From a bacterium (GTDB taxonomy: Bacteria; Bacillota; Clostridia; TANB77; UBA1234): a stretch of DNA of 64,000 bases. Below the pieces are notes generated by a model, which did no database searches, was not told where the DNA came from, and was given only the letters and a program-made list of their open reading frames with translations. Positions 1 through 9,575 of this stretch are shown here, one piece after another; within the stretch, counting starts at the first letter, position 1, and the number at the start of each line of letters is the position of its first letter. Location: assembly GCA_963637565.1 (NCBI GenBank), contig CAVHNT010000044.1:519-64518 (forward strand), read 5' to 3'. The translations under genes and the position numbers were made by a program.

Positions 1-441
1 CTAACGCCACTTGCAAGACTATAGAAAAAATTGTTAGTAGCATAGTATTTCTTACAATTTTGTATTATTCCAATTAAGTCTGTTTTGTTTCTATTGAATG
101 TAGGAAGTCCTGTTTGATTACTATTTAAATAAGCAACGGATTTTTTTAATGCTTTTCTTGTTGCGGACCCTACAATTCCGTCTTGAGATAGGTTATTATA
201 TTTTTGAAAATGTTTTACTGCATTTTTTGTTTTTGTTCCAAATATTCCGTCAACATCTATTGTATAGCCATTTTTCTTTAATAGGTCTTGTACCCACTTA
301 ACTCCTGTTCCTCTAGAACCATATTTTACGAGATAAGTTGGTTCTGTGTATGGACTTGTGTAAGCTGCAAATGAAATTGATGACATTGCGATTATCAGTA
401 CGAATACGGATATACTTAGCAATATTTTTTTTGACAATTTC
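1..441 (-). CDS. Secreted peptidoglycan-binding domain protein (PG_binding_1), 5' partial at window edge
   Basis: The minus-strand ORF starts at ATG 441 behind RBS AGGAGGTG. The N-terminus MKLSKKILLSISVFVLIIAMSSISFAAY is a signal peptide. The motif GSRGTGVKWVQDLLKKNGYTIDVDGIFGTKTKNAVKHFQKYNNLSQDGIVGSATRKAL is a classic PG_binding_1 repeat. The ORF runs off the window start. Confidence 0.6.
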
Positions 442-662
442 ATTATGTATCACCTCCTAGTAAACTTTGTTACGCTACATTTATATTGTAACATGAAATT
501 GAAATACTTGTTAATGCACAAATCTTGGAAGTATTGTAATTGTAAGGTAATGTTATATTTTTGCAAAATTAACATTTATTCTAATATGTTGAAAGGTATT
601 TGCTTTTATGGTATAAACTAATAGAGAAACTAATGAAAAATAATAAATATGAGGGGAAATAT

Positions 663-1331
663 ATGATTGAAAAAAAGCTTACGAATAAAAAATTAATCAT
701 TAAAAACTTAAAATGGGTTATTTTACTTTTTGGTGTTATTGGCTTTTTAGCATTGGCAGAAGATGTTTTTAATAAAGAAATAATGAAAGGAGATATTATT
801 GGATATAATCTTGTTTCAAATTTTCTAATATCAGATGTTGCAACTCCATTTGCGGTACTTATCACAAATTTTGGCGGACCAATAATGTTAGTTGGATTGA
901 CAGCTATTTTATTTATACTAATAAAAAACAAAAAGATTGGGATATCAATATTTGCAAATTTAGGTGTGATAATCATTCTTAATCAACTACTTAAACAAAT
1001 TCTTCAAAGACCAAGACCAACTGGTTATAGGCTAATTGAAGAAAGTGGTTATAGTTTTCCTTCAGGACATTCTATGGTTAGTATGGCTTTCTATGGATAC
1101 TTGATTTATCTGATATACAAGCATATAGAAAATAAATATTTAAAATGGACATTGATTTCAATATTAAGCATTTTAATTATTTTAATAGGAATTAGTAGAA
1201 TATATTTAGGTGTACATTATACGAGTGATGTTGCAGCAGGCTTTTTAATATCGGTTTCTTATTTGATGGCATATATTCCTATTGTAAACAAATTTTTGAC
1301 AAGGAGAAATGAAGATGAACTTGAGAAGTAA
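663..1331 (+). CDS. PAP2-family membrane phosphatase (undecaprenyl-diphosphate / phosphatidylglycerophosphate phosphatase-like)
   Basis: PAP2 motifs are present: KQILQRPRP, PSGHS and SRIYLGVHYTSDVAAG. The protein has several TM helices. RBS GAGGGG precedes the ATG at 663. Confidence 0.75.
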   Translation: MIEKKLTNKKLIIKNLKWVILLFGVIGFLALAEDVFNKEIMKGDIIGYNLVSNFLISDVATPFAVLITNFGGPIMLVGLTAILFILIKNKKIGISIFANLGVIIILNQLLKQILQRPRPTGYRLIEESGYSFPSGHSMVSMAFYGYLIYLIYKHIENKYLKWTLISILSILIILIGISRIYLGVHYTSDVAAGFLISVSYLMAYIPIVNKFLTRRNEDELEK

Positions 1332-1713
1332 AAGAAAGTTAAAAGTTAAGACTAAGAAGCTTATAAACAGTTTTAAATATGCTGGTGAAGGCTTTATATC
1401 ATCATTTAAAACAGAAAGAAATATGAAAATTCATATAATAATAATGCTACTTGTCATTTTAGCAGGAGTGTTGTTAAAAATAAATAAATTAGAATGGATT
1501 ATTTGTACAATATGCTTTGCTATTGTAATTGCGGGTGAAATGTTTAATACGGCGATTGAAACTGTTGTTAACATGATTACAACTGAAAAAAATGCAATGG
1601 CGAAAAACGCAAAGGACATATCTGCTGGTGCAGTTTTAATACTTGCTATCGGAGCTGCTGCAATAGGTCTTTCGATATTCGTTCCAAAGATATTAGAATA
1701 TATCGCACAGTAA
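1309..1713 (+). CDS. dgkA: Diacylglycerol kinase / undecaprenol kinase (DgkA family)
   Basis: DgkA signature FKYAGEGFISSFKTERNMKIH ... GEMFNTAIE is present. It is a small 3-TM protein. Its start overlaps the PAP2 gene end, so the two are likely translationally coupled. Confidence 0.75.
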   Translation: MKMNLRSKRKLKVKTKKLINSFKYAGEGFISSFKTERNMKIHIIIMLLVILAGVLLKINKLEWIICTICFAIVIAGEMFNTAIETVVNMITTEKNAMAKNAKDISAGAVLILAIGAAAIGLSIFVPKILEYIAQ

Positions 1714-1833
1714 AGAGGGAATAATCAATTGTAGATATTAAATTTAAAAATGACCATAAATAATCGCTTTCATTGGTATCAGAATGCAATGAACTTAATA
1801 TATATATTATATAAATTAAAAGGGGTTTGTATA

Positions 1834-3498
1834 ATGATTAATATCAATGAAAATACTGTGGCAGTTGAAACGTCTGCTGAATTAAAAAATGTTTTGGAAG
1901 CTAGTAACGATATAACTTATATATATTTGGCGAATGACATTACTTTAGAACAAGGAATAACAATTCTAGGGACAAAGGCACAAGTAACAATAGATGGACT
2001 CTATCCTGCCGACGAAACAGGGAAAATACATACATATACAGATATGAATAGTGCGGGTAGTGGAGATGCTATTGGTGTAAGAACCGCTAGTAACATACAT
2101 GTAAAAGTAAAAAACCTTAACGTCGTTGGAAAAAATTATTATGGGTTGATTTATGTATCTGAAACTTCTGCACACAAAGATGTAATTATTACTTATGAAA
2201 ATATAACATATAATGGTCCACAAATCACCTATCATCCTAGTGGACTTTCTATTTATCAAGATATGAACATAAACATAGTTGCCTCTACAGCTTCTCCTGC
2301 AAATGAGGTTGGAGAAGTTGGGAGTATTCAAATGGGTGGAAAAGTAGTAATAACACACAATGCGACTGGAGATTCAACATTTTGGTTTAGAGGAACAACA
2401 GGTACGCCATATATTGAAATACTGCAGGATGCTGATGTTTCTATAACCACCACAAGAGATATTGCATATACATCGAATTATTTAAAAGTCACTGTAAATA
2501 AGAATGCGAAATTTAACGTTAAAAGCAAATATGGATTCTTTAGAGATAATGGACATCAGGCATCTAGCATTTTAGTTGATGAAAATAGTGTGTTTTCAAT
2601 AATTCAAAGTCAGGCAAATGGTACTGTTGCAACATTAAATTGTCGAGGCGACTTCGAGGTGAATAGCGGTGCTACTATTTATTTAGAAGCTAATTATCAG
2701 AACTCGGCACCACTTATACTATTTAATACAACATCATCAAAGTTTAATATAAATAATCCTAAGAGTTTAATTCTATATAATAAAAGTTACAATTGTTTAG
2801 GTTTTGGAAATACCTCAACATTCAATATAAATTGTGGCAAACTTGATTATTGGGCAACATCTCCAGAGCTAATTGAAACAGGAAATATTGGCAATAATCC
2901 ACTGTATGCTTGGTATAAGTCAGGCACAGAAAACTTAAGTATGATTTCAAGTGTAACGTCGTCAAAAACAACAATAACAAGTACTAATTTAACAGATGAA
3001 GAAAAGACAAAGTTACCAGACTTGACTCTCTTAACATTTCAAACTGCAAAGACTATAAGGATTATGGAATTTGGAACTTTAGAATTATTAAGTGCACCAT
3101 CTAAAATAGAATTCCAGCGTCCAATAATAAAAGAAAATCCTCTTATACTTGGCAGGAAAAATGACGAAATAACTATATTAGTTAGTGATTCTAGAGTAAT
3201 TAGTTCGGAATGGTATTTATACGCGTATATAGAAAAACCACTCACGAGTTCAAATCAGAAATATACGTTAAAAGACTCACTAATTTTTGTGTCTGAAAGT
3301 GGAAAAATAAAAACGTTAAGTGATACTCCAACTCTAGTATACACAGGCAGTTCGAGTGGTGGAACATCGAAAACAACGGATATAAAATGGAATAAAACTG
3401 ATGGAATATTATTTCAAGTTATAGATGCTCTTTACAATGGAGAAACATATACTACTCCAATTAATTGGATTCTTACTGAAGAAAAAATAGAGTCTTGA
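1834..3498 (+). CDS. Hypothetical protein with predicted right-handed parallel beta-helix (pectin-lyase-like) repeats
   Basis: The likely start is M at 1834 (MININENTV) behind AAAGGGG. The sequence has repetitive N/T/S/G-rich short beta-strand segments and no signal peptide. It ends with a TGA stop, which shows TGA is a stop codon in this genome. Confidence 0.4.
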   Translation: MININENTVAVETSAELKNVLEASNDITYIYLANDITLEQGITILGTKAQVTIDGLYPADETGKIHTYTDMNSAGSGDAIGVRTASNIHVKVKNLNVVGKNYYGLIYVSETSAHKDVIITYENITYNGPQITYHPSGLSIYQDMNINIVASTASPANEVGEVGSIQMGGKVVITHNATGDSTFWFRGTTGTPYIEILQDADVSITTTRDIAYTSNYLKVTVNKNAKFNVKSKYGFFRDNGHQASSILVDENSVFSIIQSQANGTVATLNCRGDFEVNSGATIYLEANYQNSAPLILFNTTSSKFNINNPKSLILYNKSYNCLGFGNTSTFNINCGKLDYWATSPELIETGNIGNNPLYAWYKSGTENLSMISSVTSSKTTITSTNLTDEEKTKLPDLTLLTFQTAKTIRIMEFGTLELLSAPSKIEFQRPIIKENPLILGRKNDEITILVSDSRVISSEWYLYAYIEKPLTSSNQKYTLKDSLIFVSESGKIKTLSDTPTLVYTGSSSGGTSKTTDIKWNKTDGILFQVIDALYNGETYTTPINWILTEEKIES

Positions 3499-3540
3499 AA
3501 TCCATGAAGTGCTGTGAAAAAATTTGTATATTTATAGAAA

Positions 3541-3603
3541 AAGAAAGGGATGTATAAGTGATTACTATTAGTAATCTTTTTATAATCCCTTTCTTTATTT
3601 TTA
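3541..3603 (+). terminator. Putative intrinsic terminator (long hairpin + T-run) after beta-helix gene
   Basis: AAAGAAAGGGAT (3541-3552) pairs with ATCCCTTTCTTT (3585-3596). A nested palindrome ATTACTAtTAGTAAT lies in the loop. An ATTTTTAA tract follows. Confidence 0.45.
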
Positions 3604-3887
3604 ATTCTATATAATAGTAAAATTATTAAAAGTTAAAATTCAGCCTTAATTTCTTTTTTGAATTCTTATTATAAATGCAAATACGAATCTTATACTTGGT
3701 TTGTATTTTAGTACAATATTTAATAAATTTAATTCTGTATTTATTATAGCAATCCTCAAAATTATAAATAAATTTAACTTTGCAACGTTTACAGCAAGGC
3801 TTGTTATAAACCGTTACCAAATTGCTTTTATATATTTTGTTGTTACATTTAATTATAGCTATATTGTCTAACCTTTTCCAATTATCA

Positions 3888-4271
3888 CTAAACTTTTTGC
3901 ACTTGAAAAGTAACTGTTGCATCTTCAGTATTAGCAATAGTGTCTAGTTGAACAGTTAATAAACCAGTTGTAGGATCATAGGTGTATTCTGTAACAACGC
4001 CATTTACCATTACACTATCATCAACTAGTTTAATCAATGTTGGATCTAAAGTATCTGTAAATACTGGCTTTTCATAAGGACTATCAGCATTATTTGTGAT
4101 TGTAACGGTATACATCAAATTACCACTTGCCCAATTTTGCTTATCAGCTTTCTTAACGATAGTTAAACCAGCTATTAACTCAGTAATGACGGCTTCAGAA
4201 GTAAGTGTAGTTGGAACAGCCTCATAATCTCCCACAACATTGGCAATATTGCTTAGTTTTACATTTGCCAT
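3888..4271 (-). CDS. DUF11 (conserved repeat domain) protein, possible spore-surface/appendage-type protein
   Basis: The 127-aa protein resembles the single-copy DUF11 / B_ant-repeat fold (TVTITNN...TDTLDPTLIKLVDDSVMVNGV...TYDPTTGLLTV...ATVTFQV). It has no signal peptide and stands as its own transcription unit. Confidence 0.45.
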   Translation of the reverse strand: MANVKLSNIANVVGDYEAVPTTLTSEAVITELIAGLTIVKKADKQNWASGNLMYTVTITNNADSPYEKPVFTDTLDPTLIKLVDDSVMVNGVVTEYTYDPTTGLLTVQLDTIANTEDATVTFQVQKV

Positions 4272-4513
4272 AAAAAATCCTTCCTCTCAATATATATATG
4301 AGATATAATGAAAAAATGATAAAAATATGTCGAAAAAACTTTAATTCGAACGAAAAATTTATTTTCATTTCAATTGAAAAACACCCAGAACCGAAAACTT
4401 AAATTTTGAAGATTTTAAGCTTTCTTATGCAAATAAACGGCGTTATTGAAAGTTATCACCATTTGTGTTAAAATTCAACATGGTAGAATTTAATAATATA
4501 AGAGGGTGAAAAC

Positions 4514-5134
4514 GTGGACAGAAAAATAAAAAAAGAGTTAAAAGATTTTAAGAACTTTAAGAAAAACTTCGAGTTTATTCAAAAAGAAATAGTACAAGAA
4601 GGCGAAAATTTGTTTTGTGATGGTGAACTATTACAAAGAAGTGAAGAAAAGCCTATAGGCGAAACTGAAAAATGGATAAATGTTGGATATAAGTTAAAAG
4701 GTCCTTTCTCAAAGGTGTTGTCAAATCTCTTTCCTTATGAATTTGTTTTTCGAGGTAAACATTTAAATAGTATTGAAACTTTCTTCCAAGGAATAAAGAT
4801 TAAAGATAAAAATACCCAAGAATATGTATTTAAATATAGTGGATTGGATTCAAATAATATAAAGGCAGCAAGTGATTTTAATTGGAAAGAGTCTGGCATT
4901 GTGTACTGGCAAGGCAAAGAAATAAAGAGGGATAGTGACGAGTACGATAATCTAGTTGATGAACTATATATATCAGCTATACAAAATCCATTATACAGAA
5001 ATGTACTTAAAAATATTAATAAACCTATTATCCATTCTATAGGTGAAGTGGACAAAAAGAAAACTGTTTTTACTAGATATGAATTTGAGTTTATGCTTAA
5101 TTGTCTTGTTGAATTTTTAAAATTGGAGAGGTGA
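4514..5134 (+). CDS. NADAR / DUF1768 (YbiA-like N-glycosidase) domain protein
   Basis: A GTG start sits behind RBS AGAGGGTGA. The motif FSKVLSNLFPYEFVFRGKHLNSIETFFQGIK matches the YbiA/NADAR core (FSNF..P..F..GK...SxEHyFQAqK). The later PIIHSIGEVDKKKTVF matches the LVEHTEND.YWG region. Confidence 0.55.
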   Translation: MDRKIKKELKDFKNFKKNFEFIQKEIVQEGENLFCDGELLQRSEEKPIGETEKWINVGYKLKGPFSKVLSNLFPYEFVFRGKHLNSIETFFQGIKIKDKNTQEYVFKYSGLDSNNIKAASDFNWKESGIVYWQGKEIKRDSDEYDNLVDELYISAIQNPLYRNVLKNINKPIIHSIGEVDKKKTVFTRYEFEFMLNCLVEFLKLER

Positions 5135-5138
5135 TAAT

Positions 5139-5366
5139 ATGGAAAAATTAGAATTAAAGGATTTTGATTTGCTTGGTATTATAGATTTACAAGATGTATA
5201 TGGAATTGAATCTATGGTTACTCCTATTATGTCTGATGGAAAGATAATATCATATCTATCACGTTCTAAAGAATATTACAATGTAAAAAACATGAAGGAG
5301 TTATCTCAAACAAGAGAAAAATTAAAAGAATTATTAACAGAATCGGTATCTAAAAAAATTTTGTAA
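5139..5366 (+). CDS. Hypothetical small protein (75 aa), middle gene of the NADAR–PRTase cassette
   Basis: RBS GGAGAGGTG lies 6 nt upstream of the ATG. The gene is 5 nt after the NADAR gene and 11 nt before the PRTase gene. No motif recognised. Confidence 0.45.
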   Translation: MEKLELKDFDLLGIIDLQDVYGIESMVTPIMSDGKIISYLSRSKEYYNVKNMKELSQTREKLKELLTESVSKKIL

Positions 5367-5377
5367 TATTAGAATAT

Positions 5378-6391
5378 ATGCTTAATTGTTCTGCTAAAGT
5401 GTATTTTAAAAAATTTGAAGAATATATAAAGAATGGAAAAAAGGACAAATACAGAGCTGAATTACAACAGGCTGAAAAATGTTTGATAGAAGATACTACG
5501 AGTATGATATCAGTTTTGGAAGGAAAAAAAGTGGACAAAAGCTTTATTACAAATATATTGCCTGAGGGAAATGAAAATTGTGAACGTAGATTTATTGAAA
5601 TGGACAATAAGGCTATATTGTACCTTTTTGCGAAGGAAATTCAAAAACTAAATATTGGAAATAATTTCGAGGTTTTAACTCCAGGCTATGGAAGTGTGTA
5701 CATAGGTCCATTTCTTAAAATTATGTGTGGCTATAATTATAGTAACATGATGAAAAGCAAGTATATTGATGAAACAAATGGCACGATATCTCATTCTTTA
5801 GTAGATTTACTATCTAATGATAAAATGTTACATTCTGATGTTGGAATTTTGTTATTAGATGATAATATCGGCACTGGTTCTACAATGGTTGATATTAAAC
5901 AAAAGCTGAAAAAAATAGGAAAAAACAATGTGATGTCTGGCGCTGTTCAATATAATTGGAGAAATTATTATAGAGTTTCAATAGGAGAAAAAACGGATAT
6001 AGAAAGATTTGAAGTAGATGATTATGACTTTTTAACGCCACTTAATTATGCTGGACACAAATTGTATGAACATGCTGTAAATGCTTTGAACTCTAGTGGA
6101 ATGGAATATATTGAATATTTAAATACAAAGGGATACAGAATGAATGATAGGTATTGTGACATTGTAGGAGATTTACTTCGTGGCTTAACATGGGCTGGGA
6201 AAGCTAATTTAGAGCTTATTCCACTAAAGAAAAGTAATAATGAATTATGTGAAGTTCTTCCTAAATACAAACATGGACCATTTAGAGTAAGTAATACAAA
6301 TGCAAGACTAATGATACAATTCATGTATAAATCATTGCAAGACTTACTAGATAAAGATATTGATGATAAAGAGTATAGTAATAGAGAATGA
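5378..6391 (+). CDS. Phosphoribosyltransferase (PRTase type I fold)-domain protein of unknown specificity
   Basis: The PRPP-binding loop DVGILLLDDNIGTGSTMVDIKQKL matches the canonical VLLVDDvltTGxT motif. The 337-aa protein is longer than housekeeping PRTases and has extra N- and C-terminal regions. It is tightly linked to the upstream gene. Confidence 0.55.
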   Translation: MLNCSAKVYFKKFEEYIKNGKKDKYRAELQQAEKCLIEDTTSMISVLEGKKVDKSFITNILPEGNENCERRFIEMDNKAILYLFAKEIQKLNIGNNFEVLTPGYGSVYIGPFLKIMCGYNYSNMMKSKYIDETNGTISHSLVDLLSNDKMLHSDVGILLLDDNIGTGSTMVDIKQKLKKIGKNNVMSGAVQYNWRNYYRVSIGEKTDIERFEVDDYDFLTPLNYAGHKLYEHAVNALNSSGMEYIEYLNTKGYRMNDRYCDIVGDLLRGLTWAGKANLELIPLKKSNNELCEVLPKYKHGPFRVSNTNARLMIQFMYKSLQDLLDKDIDDKEYSNRE

Positions 6392-6706
6392 GAAGATTTT
6401 ATCTTGAATAAAGATGAAACAATTTTGCTACCAGTAGTGAACAAATTGCCTTTGACGCATAACATTATGTTATTAGAGAAAATAAAAGATAAAAAATAAG
6501 ATTTTTGTGTGCAAATAAAGTGGCGAATAATAAATATCAAAGGTTGCTTTAAATCATCAAATAGATATGAACTTGTACGAAGTAAAGGTGTTAACAGCTG
6601 AAAATAACACTGTCGGAAAAAAACACATTGATAATTTTTTAAATGAAGCAAGAATGATAGAGAATGGAAGTCGGTAAAAAGTATTAACTGAAAAAGGAGT
6701 AAGATT

Positions 6707-7153
6707 ATGGGAATAATATCATTAGCAAGTGGTAATTCATGTTGGAGAGGTTTGGATTATTATAAATATAAAAAGATTATTAAATTAAATAAAATAAATG
6801 AAAATGTGTATGAAAGTGTTGTAGAAGGAACTGATAAGTACAATGTGCATTTAGATATTGAACATCCTAGAAAATCTACATGTGATTGTCCTTTAGCTAA
6901 TGGTAAAAGAATAATATGTAAGCATATAGTTGCAACGTATTTTGAAGCTTTGCCAAGAGAAGCAAAAGAATTTGAAGAAGAACAGAAAAGATTACAACAA
7001 GAGTATGAAAAAGAGCAAGAGGAGGAATATAATAAAGCAATTAAATATTTAAACAAAATGACAAAGCAAGAATTAATTAACGAATTAATTCAAGTGCTCG
7101 ATTATGGACCCGAATGGCTATATAACGATTTTGTAAAAAGAAATCTATACTAG
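6707..7153 (+). CDS. SWIM zinc-finger domain protein
   Basis: The motif CDCPLANGKRIICKHIVA fits the SWIM signature CxCx(n)CxH. The protein has an acidic, coiled-coil C-terminus. RBS AAAGGAG is present. Confidence 0.5.
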   Translation: MGIISLASGNSCWRGLDYYKYKKIIKLNKINENVYESVVEGTDKYNVHLDIEHPRKSTCDCPLANGKRIICKHIVATYFEALPREAKEFEEEQKRLQQEYEKEQEEEYNKAIKYLNKMTKQELINELIQVLDYGPEWLYNDFVKRNLY

Positions 7154-7213
7154 AGATAAATTAAAAAATGTAAAAACAGTATTGAAAAAAATATAAATTG
7201 AAAAGGAGGAATA

Positions 7214-8068
7214 ATGAAGATAATTGAAAATAAATATTCTGACAATACTTTTGAAAATATAAAACATATTGATAATTATGGAAATGAATATTGATATGCC
7301 CGTGAATTACAAAAAGTATTGGAATACAAGGATTGGAGAAACTTTCAAAAAGTAATAGATAAAGCAGTTTTATCAGCAAATAACAGTGTCTCAAGTGAAG
7401 AAAATTGGGTTGTTGAGATCAACAAGCCAATAAAAACTGGTAAAGGAAAAGAAGAAATCATTAAAGATTATAAACTTTCAAGATATATATGTTATTTGAT
7501 AGTGCAAAATGCTGATCCAAATAAAGAAGTTGTTGCTTTAGGGCAAACATATTTTGCTATTCAAACGAGAAAGCAGGAAATAACTGAACAAGAATATGAC
7601 TCATTATCAGATGATGAGAAAAGATTTTATCAAAGAAAATTAACAAAGCAAGGTAACTATACACTTCAAAAAGTTGCTTCAGCTGCTGGTGTTAAAAATA
7701 TGGCTGAATTTCATAATGCAGGATATGAAGGATTATATAATGGCGAAACTGCTGATGATATTTTTAAAAGAAAAAAATTGCGTTATAGAGAAGATATTTT
7801 AGATAATATGAATGAAGATGAATTAGTAGCTAATTTATTTAGAATAAATCAAACTAAGCAAAAACTTTTAAAAGATAATGTACAAGGAGAAAAAGAAGCA
7901 AAAGATGTACATTATGAAGTTGGACAAAAAGTTAGAAAAACAATTGCAGATATCGGCGGAATGATGCCTGAAGAAATGCCAACACCTAAAAAGAGTTTGA
8001 AAGAACTAGAAAGAGAAAAGAAACAATTGGAAAACAAAGAGCAAAAGAAACTAGATGAAATGAAATAA
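7214..8068 (+). pseudogene. dinD: DNA-damage-inducible protein D (DinD) homologue interrupted by an in-frame TGA at 7292-7294
   Basis: The ATG at 7214 behind RBS AAAAGGAGG gives MKIIENKYSDNTFENIKHIDNYGNEY, then TGA, then YARELQKVLEYKDWRNFQKVIDKA...YICYLIVQNADPNKEVVALGQTYFAIQTRKQE. This matches the DinD family across the stop. The TGA sits where a conserved Trp (TGG) is expected (EYWSARDL in E. coli DinD). Confidence 0.6.
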
Positions 8069-8147
8069 AGATGTAATGAGAAATGATATGAGTGAAAGTG
8101 GATTTGCTTTAGAGCTGAAATATTTAATAAAATAAGGAAGTGAAAAA

Positions 8148-9071
8148 ATGGACATGTATCAAAAAAGAAAAATGAGACAAGAAATGAATAGTAGTGGAAA
8201 TAAAGAAGAAAATAGCAAAACAAGTATTAACTGGTACCCAGGCCACATGGCGAAGGCTAGGCGAGAAATTGAAGAAGCTATAAAATTGGTTGATGTTGTT
8301 ATAGAAATAGTAGATGCAAGAATTCCTAAATCAAGCAGGAATCCTGTGTTAAATGAAATAATATCGGACAAGCCAAGAGTTATAGTTTTAAATAAGACCG
8401 ACTTAGCAAATAGAAACGAAACCAAAAAGTGGATTGAGTATTTTAAAAAATATAATCAGGTGGCTATTGAAGTAAATTCAAATCAAGGAATTGGTGTTAA
8501 AGATGTTGTTAATGCTACTTATGATTTTATGAGTGAAATGCTTAAGAAAAAAGAAGAAAAAGGACAAGTTGGAGCATCTGTAAAGGCAATGATAGTAGGT
8601 ATTCCTAATGTTGGCAAATCGACCTTTATAAATAAGATTGCCGGTAAGTCGACAGCTGCAACTGGAAATAAACCTGGCGTGACTAAGAAAAATCAATGGG
8701 TTAGATTAAATGATAAGATACAATTATTAGATACTCCTGGTGTGCTATGGCCTAAATTTGAAGATGAAATTACAGCAAGGCATTTGGCATACATTGGTAC
8801 TATAAAGGACACTATATTGGATGTCGAAGAACTTGCACTACACTTGATTGAAGAATTATTGGTCTGTGATAAAGAAAAATTATTTGAAAGATATAAAATT
8901 TCAAATGATTTTGAATACGAAATGCCTGTTGAAGTAATGGAAGAGATTGGCAGAAAAAGAGGATGTTTAGTTAGAGGTGGAGAAATTGATTATACTAAAG
9001 TGGCTAATATTCTTTTAGACGAGTTTAGATGTGGAAAAATAGGAAATATAACACTAGAATGTGCTAAATAA
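8148..9071 (+). CDS. rbgA: Ribosome biogenesis GTPase A (YlqF/RbgA)
   Basis: INWYPGHMAKARREIEEAIKLVDVVIEIVDARIP is the circularly permuted GTPase signature. The motifs VLNKTDL and GIPNVGKST are present. Confidence 0.85.
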   Translation: MDMYQKRKMRQEMNSSGNKEENSKTSINWYPGHMAKARREIEEAIKLVDVVIEIVDARIPKSSRNPVLNEIISDKPRVIVLNKTDLANRNETKKWIEYFKKYNQVAIEVNSNQGIGVKDVVNATYDFMSEMLKKKEEKGQVGASVKAMIVGIPNVGKSTFINKIAGKSTAATGNKPGVTKKNQWVRLNDKIQLLDTPGVLWPKFEDEITARHLAYIGTIKDTILDVEELALHLIEELLVCDKEKLFERYKISNDFEYEMPVEVMEEIGRKRGCLVRGGEIDYTKVANILLDEFRCGKIGNITLECAK

Positions 9072-9086
9072 TATGAGGGATAAAAT

Positions 9087-9464
9087 ATGAAAAAAGAAGA
9101 TGTATTGCAGTATTCATCACTTGTTTTAGCGTATATGGGGGATGCTGTATATGAAAAATATATACGAGAATATGTTATTAAAGAAGGAAATTGTAATAAT
9201 GGCTTATTGCATAAAAAAAGCATAAAATATGTTAGTGCTAAAGGTCAATGCGAAATATTAAAAAGAATAGAAGAGAAATTAACAGAGGAAGAGAAGGATA
9301 TTGTTAGAAGAGGAAGAAATTCAAATCCACATTCTAGTGCTAAAAATGCAGATATAGTTGAGTATAAACACGCGACAGGATTTGAAGCATTAATTGGATA
9401 TTTATATTTGACTGAGCAAACAGAAAGACTTACGGAAGTGCTTAGTTGGTGTACAGAAAAATAA
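9087..9464 (+). CDS. mrnC: Mini-ribonuclease 3 (MrnC/YazC)
   Basis: LAYMGDAVYE, the RNase III-like catalytic signature, is present. The 125-aa size and the FEALIGYLYL motif fit. Confidence 0.75.
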   Translation: MKKEDVLQYSSLVLAYMGDAVYEKYIREYVIKEGNCNNGLLHKKSIKYVSAKGQCEILKRIEEKLTEEEKDIVRRGRNSNPHSSAKNADIVEYKHATGFEALIGYLYLTEQTERLTEVLSWCTEK

Positions 9465-9530
9465 AAGATAAAGATTAATATATTATTTAAAAAGATTTAA
9501 GTCAAAATAATATCAGAAATGTGCTTAAAA

Positions 9531-9575
9531 TTTTGCAAAAAGCTTGATTTCCGTAGAATAATATGGTAAAATTTG
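9531..9575 (+). promoter_or_regulatory. Putative sigma-A promoter of the rimP-nusA-infB operon
   Basis: TTGCAA is followed by a spacer and an extended -10 TGgTAAAAT. A leader hairpin at 9601-9624 follows. Confidence 0.4.

Noticed and set aside
3626-3937. 103-aa Cys/Lys-rich minus-strand ORF
   Set aside because: It lies in an extremely AT-rich intergenic spacer, has no RBS, overlaps the DUF11 gene's 3' end, and has low-complexity composition.
7292-7294. TGA as a Trp/Gly codon (alternative genetic code 4 or 25)
   Set aside because: Other genes in the window terminate with TGA (for example the beta-helix gene at 3496-3498). Ordinary genes show no in-frame TGA. Standard code 11 applies.
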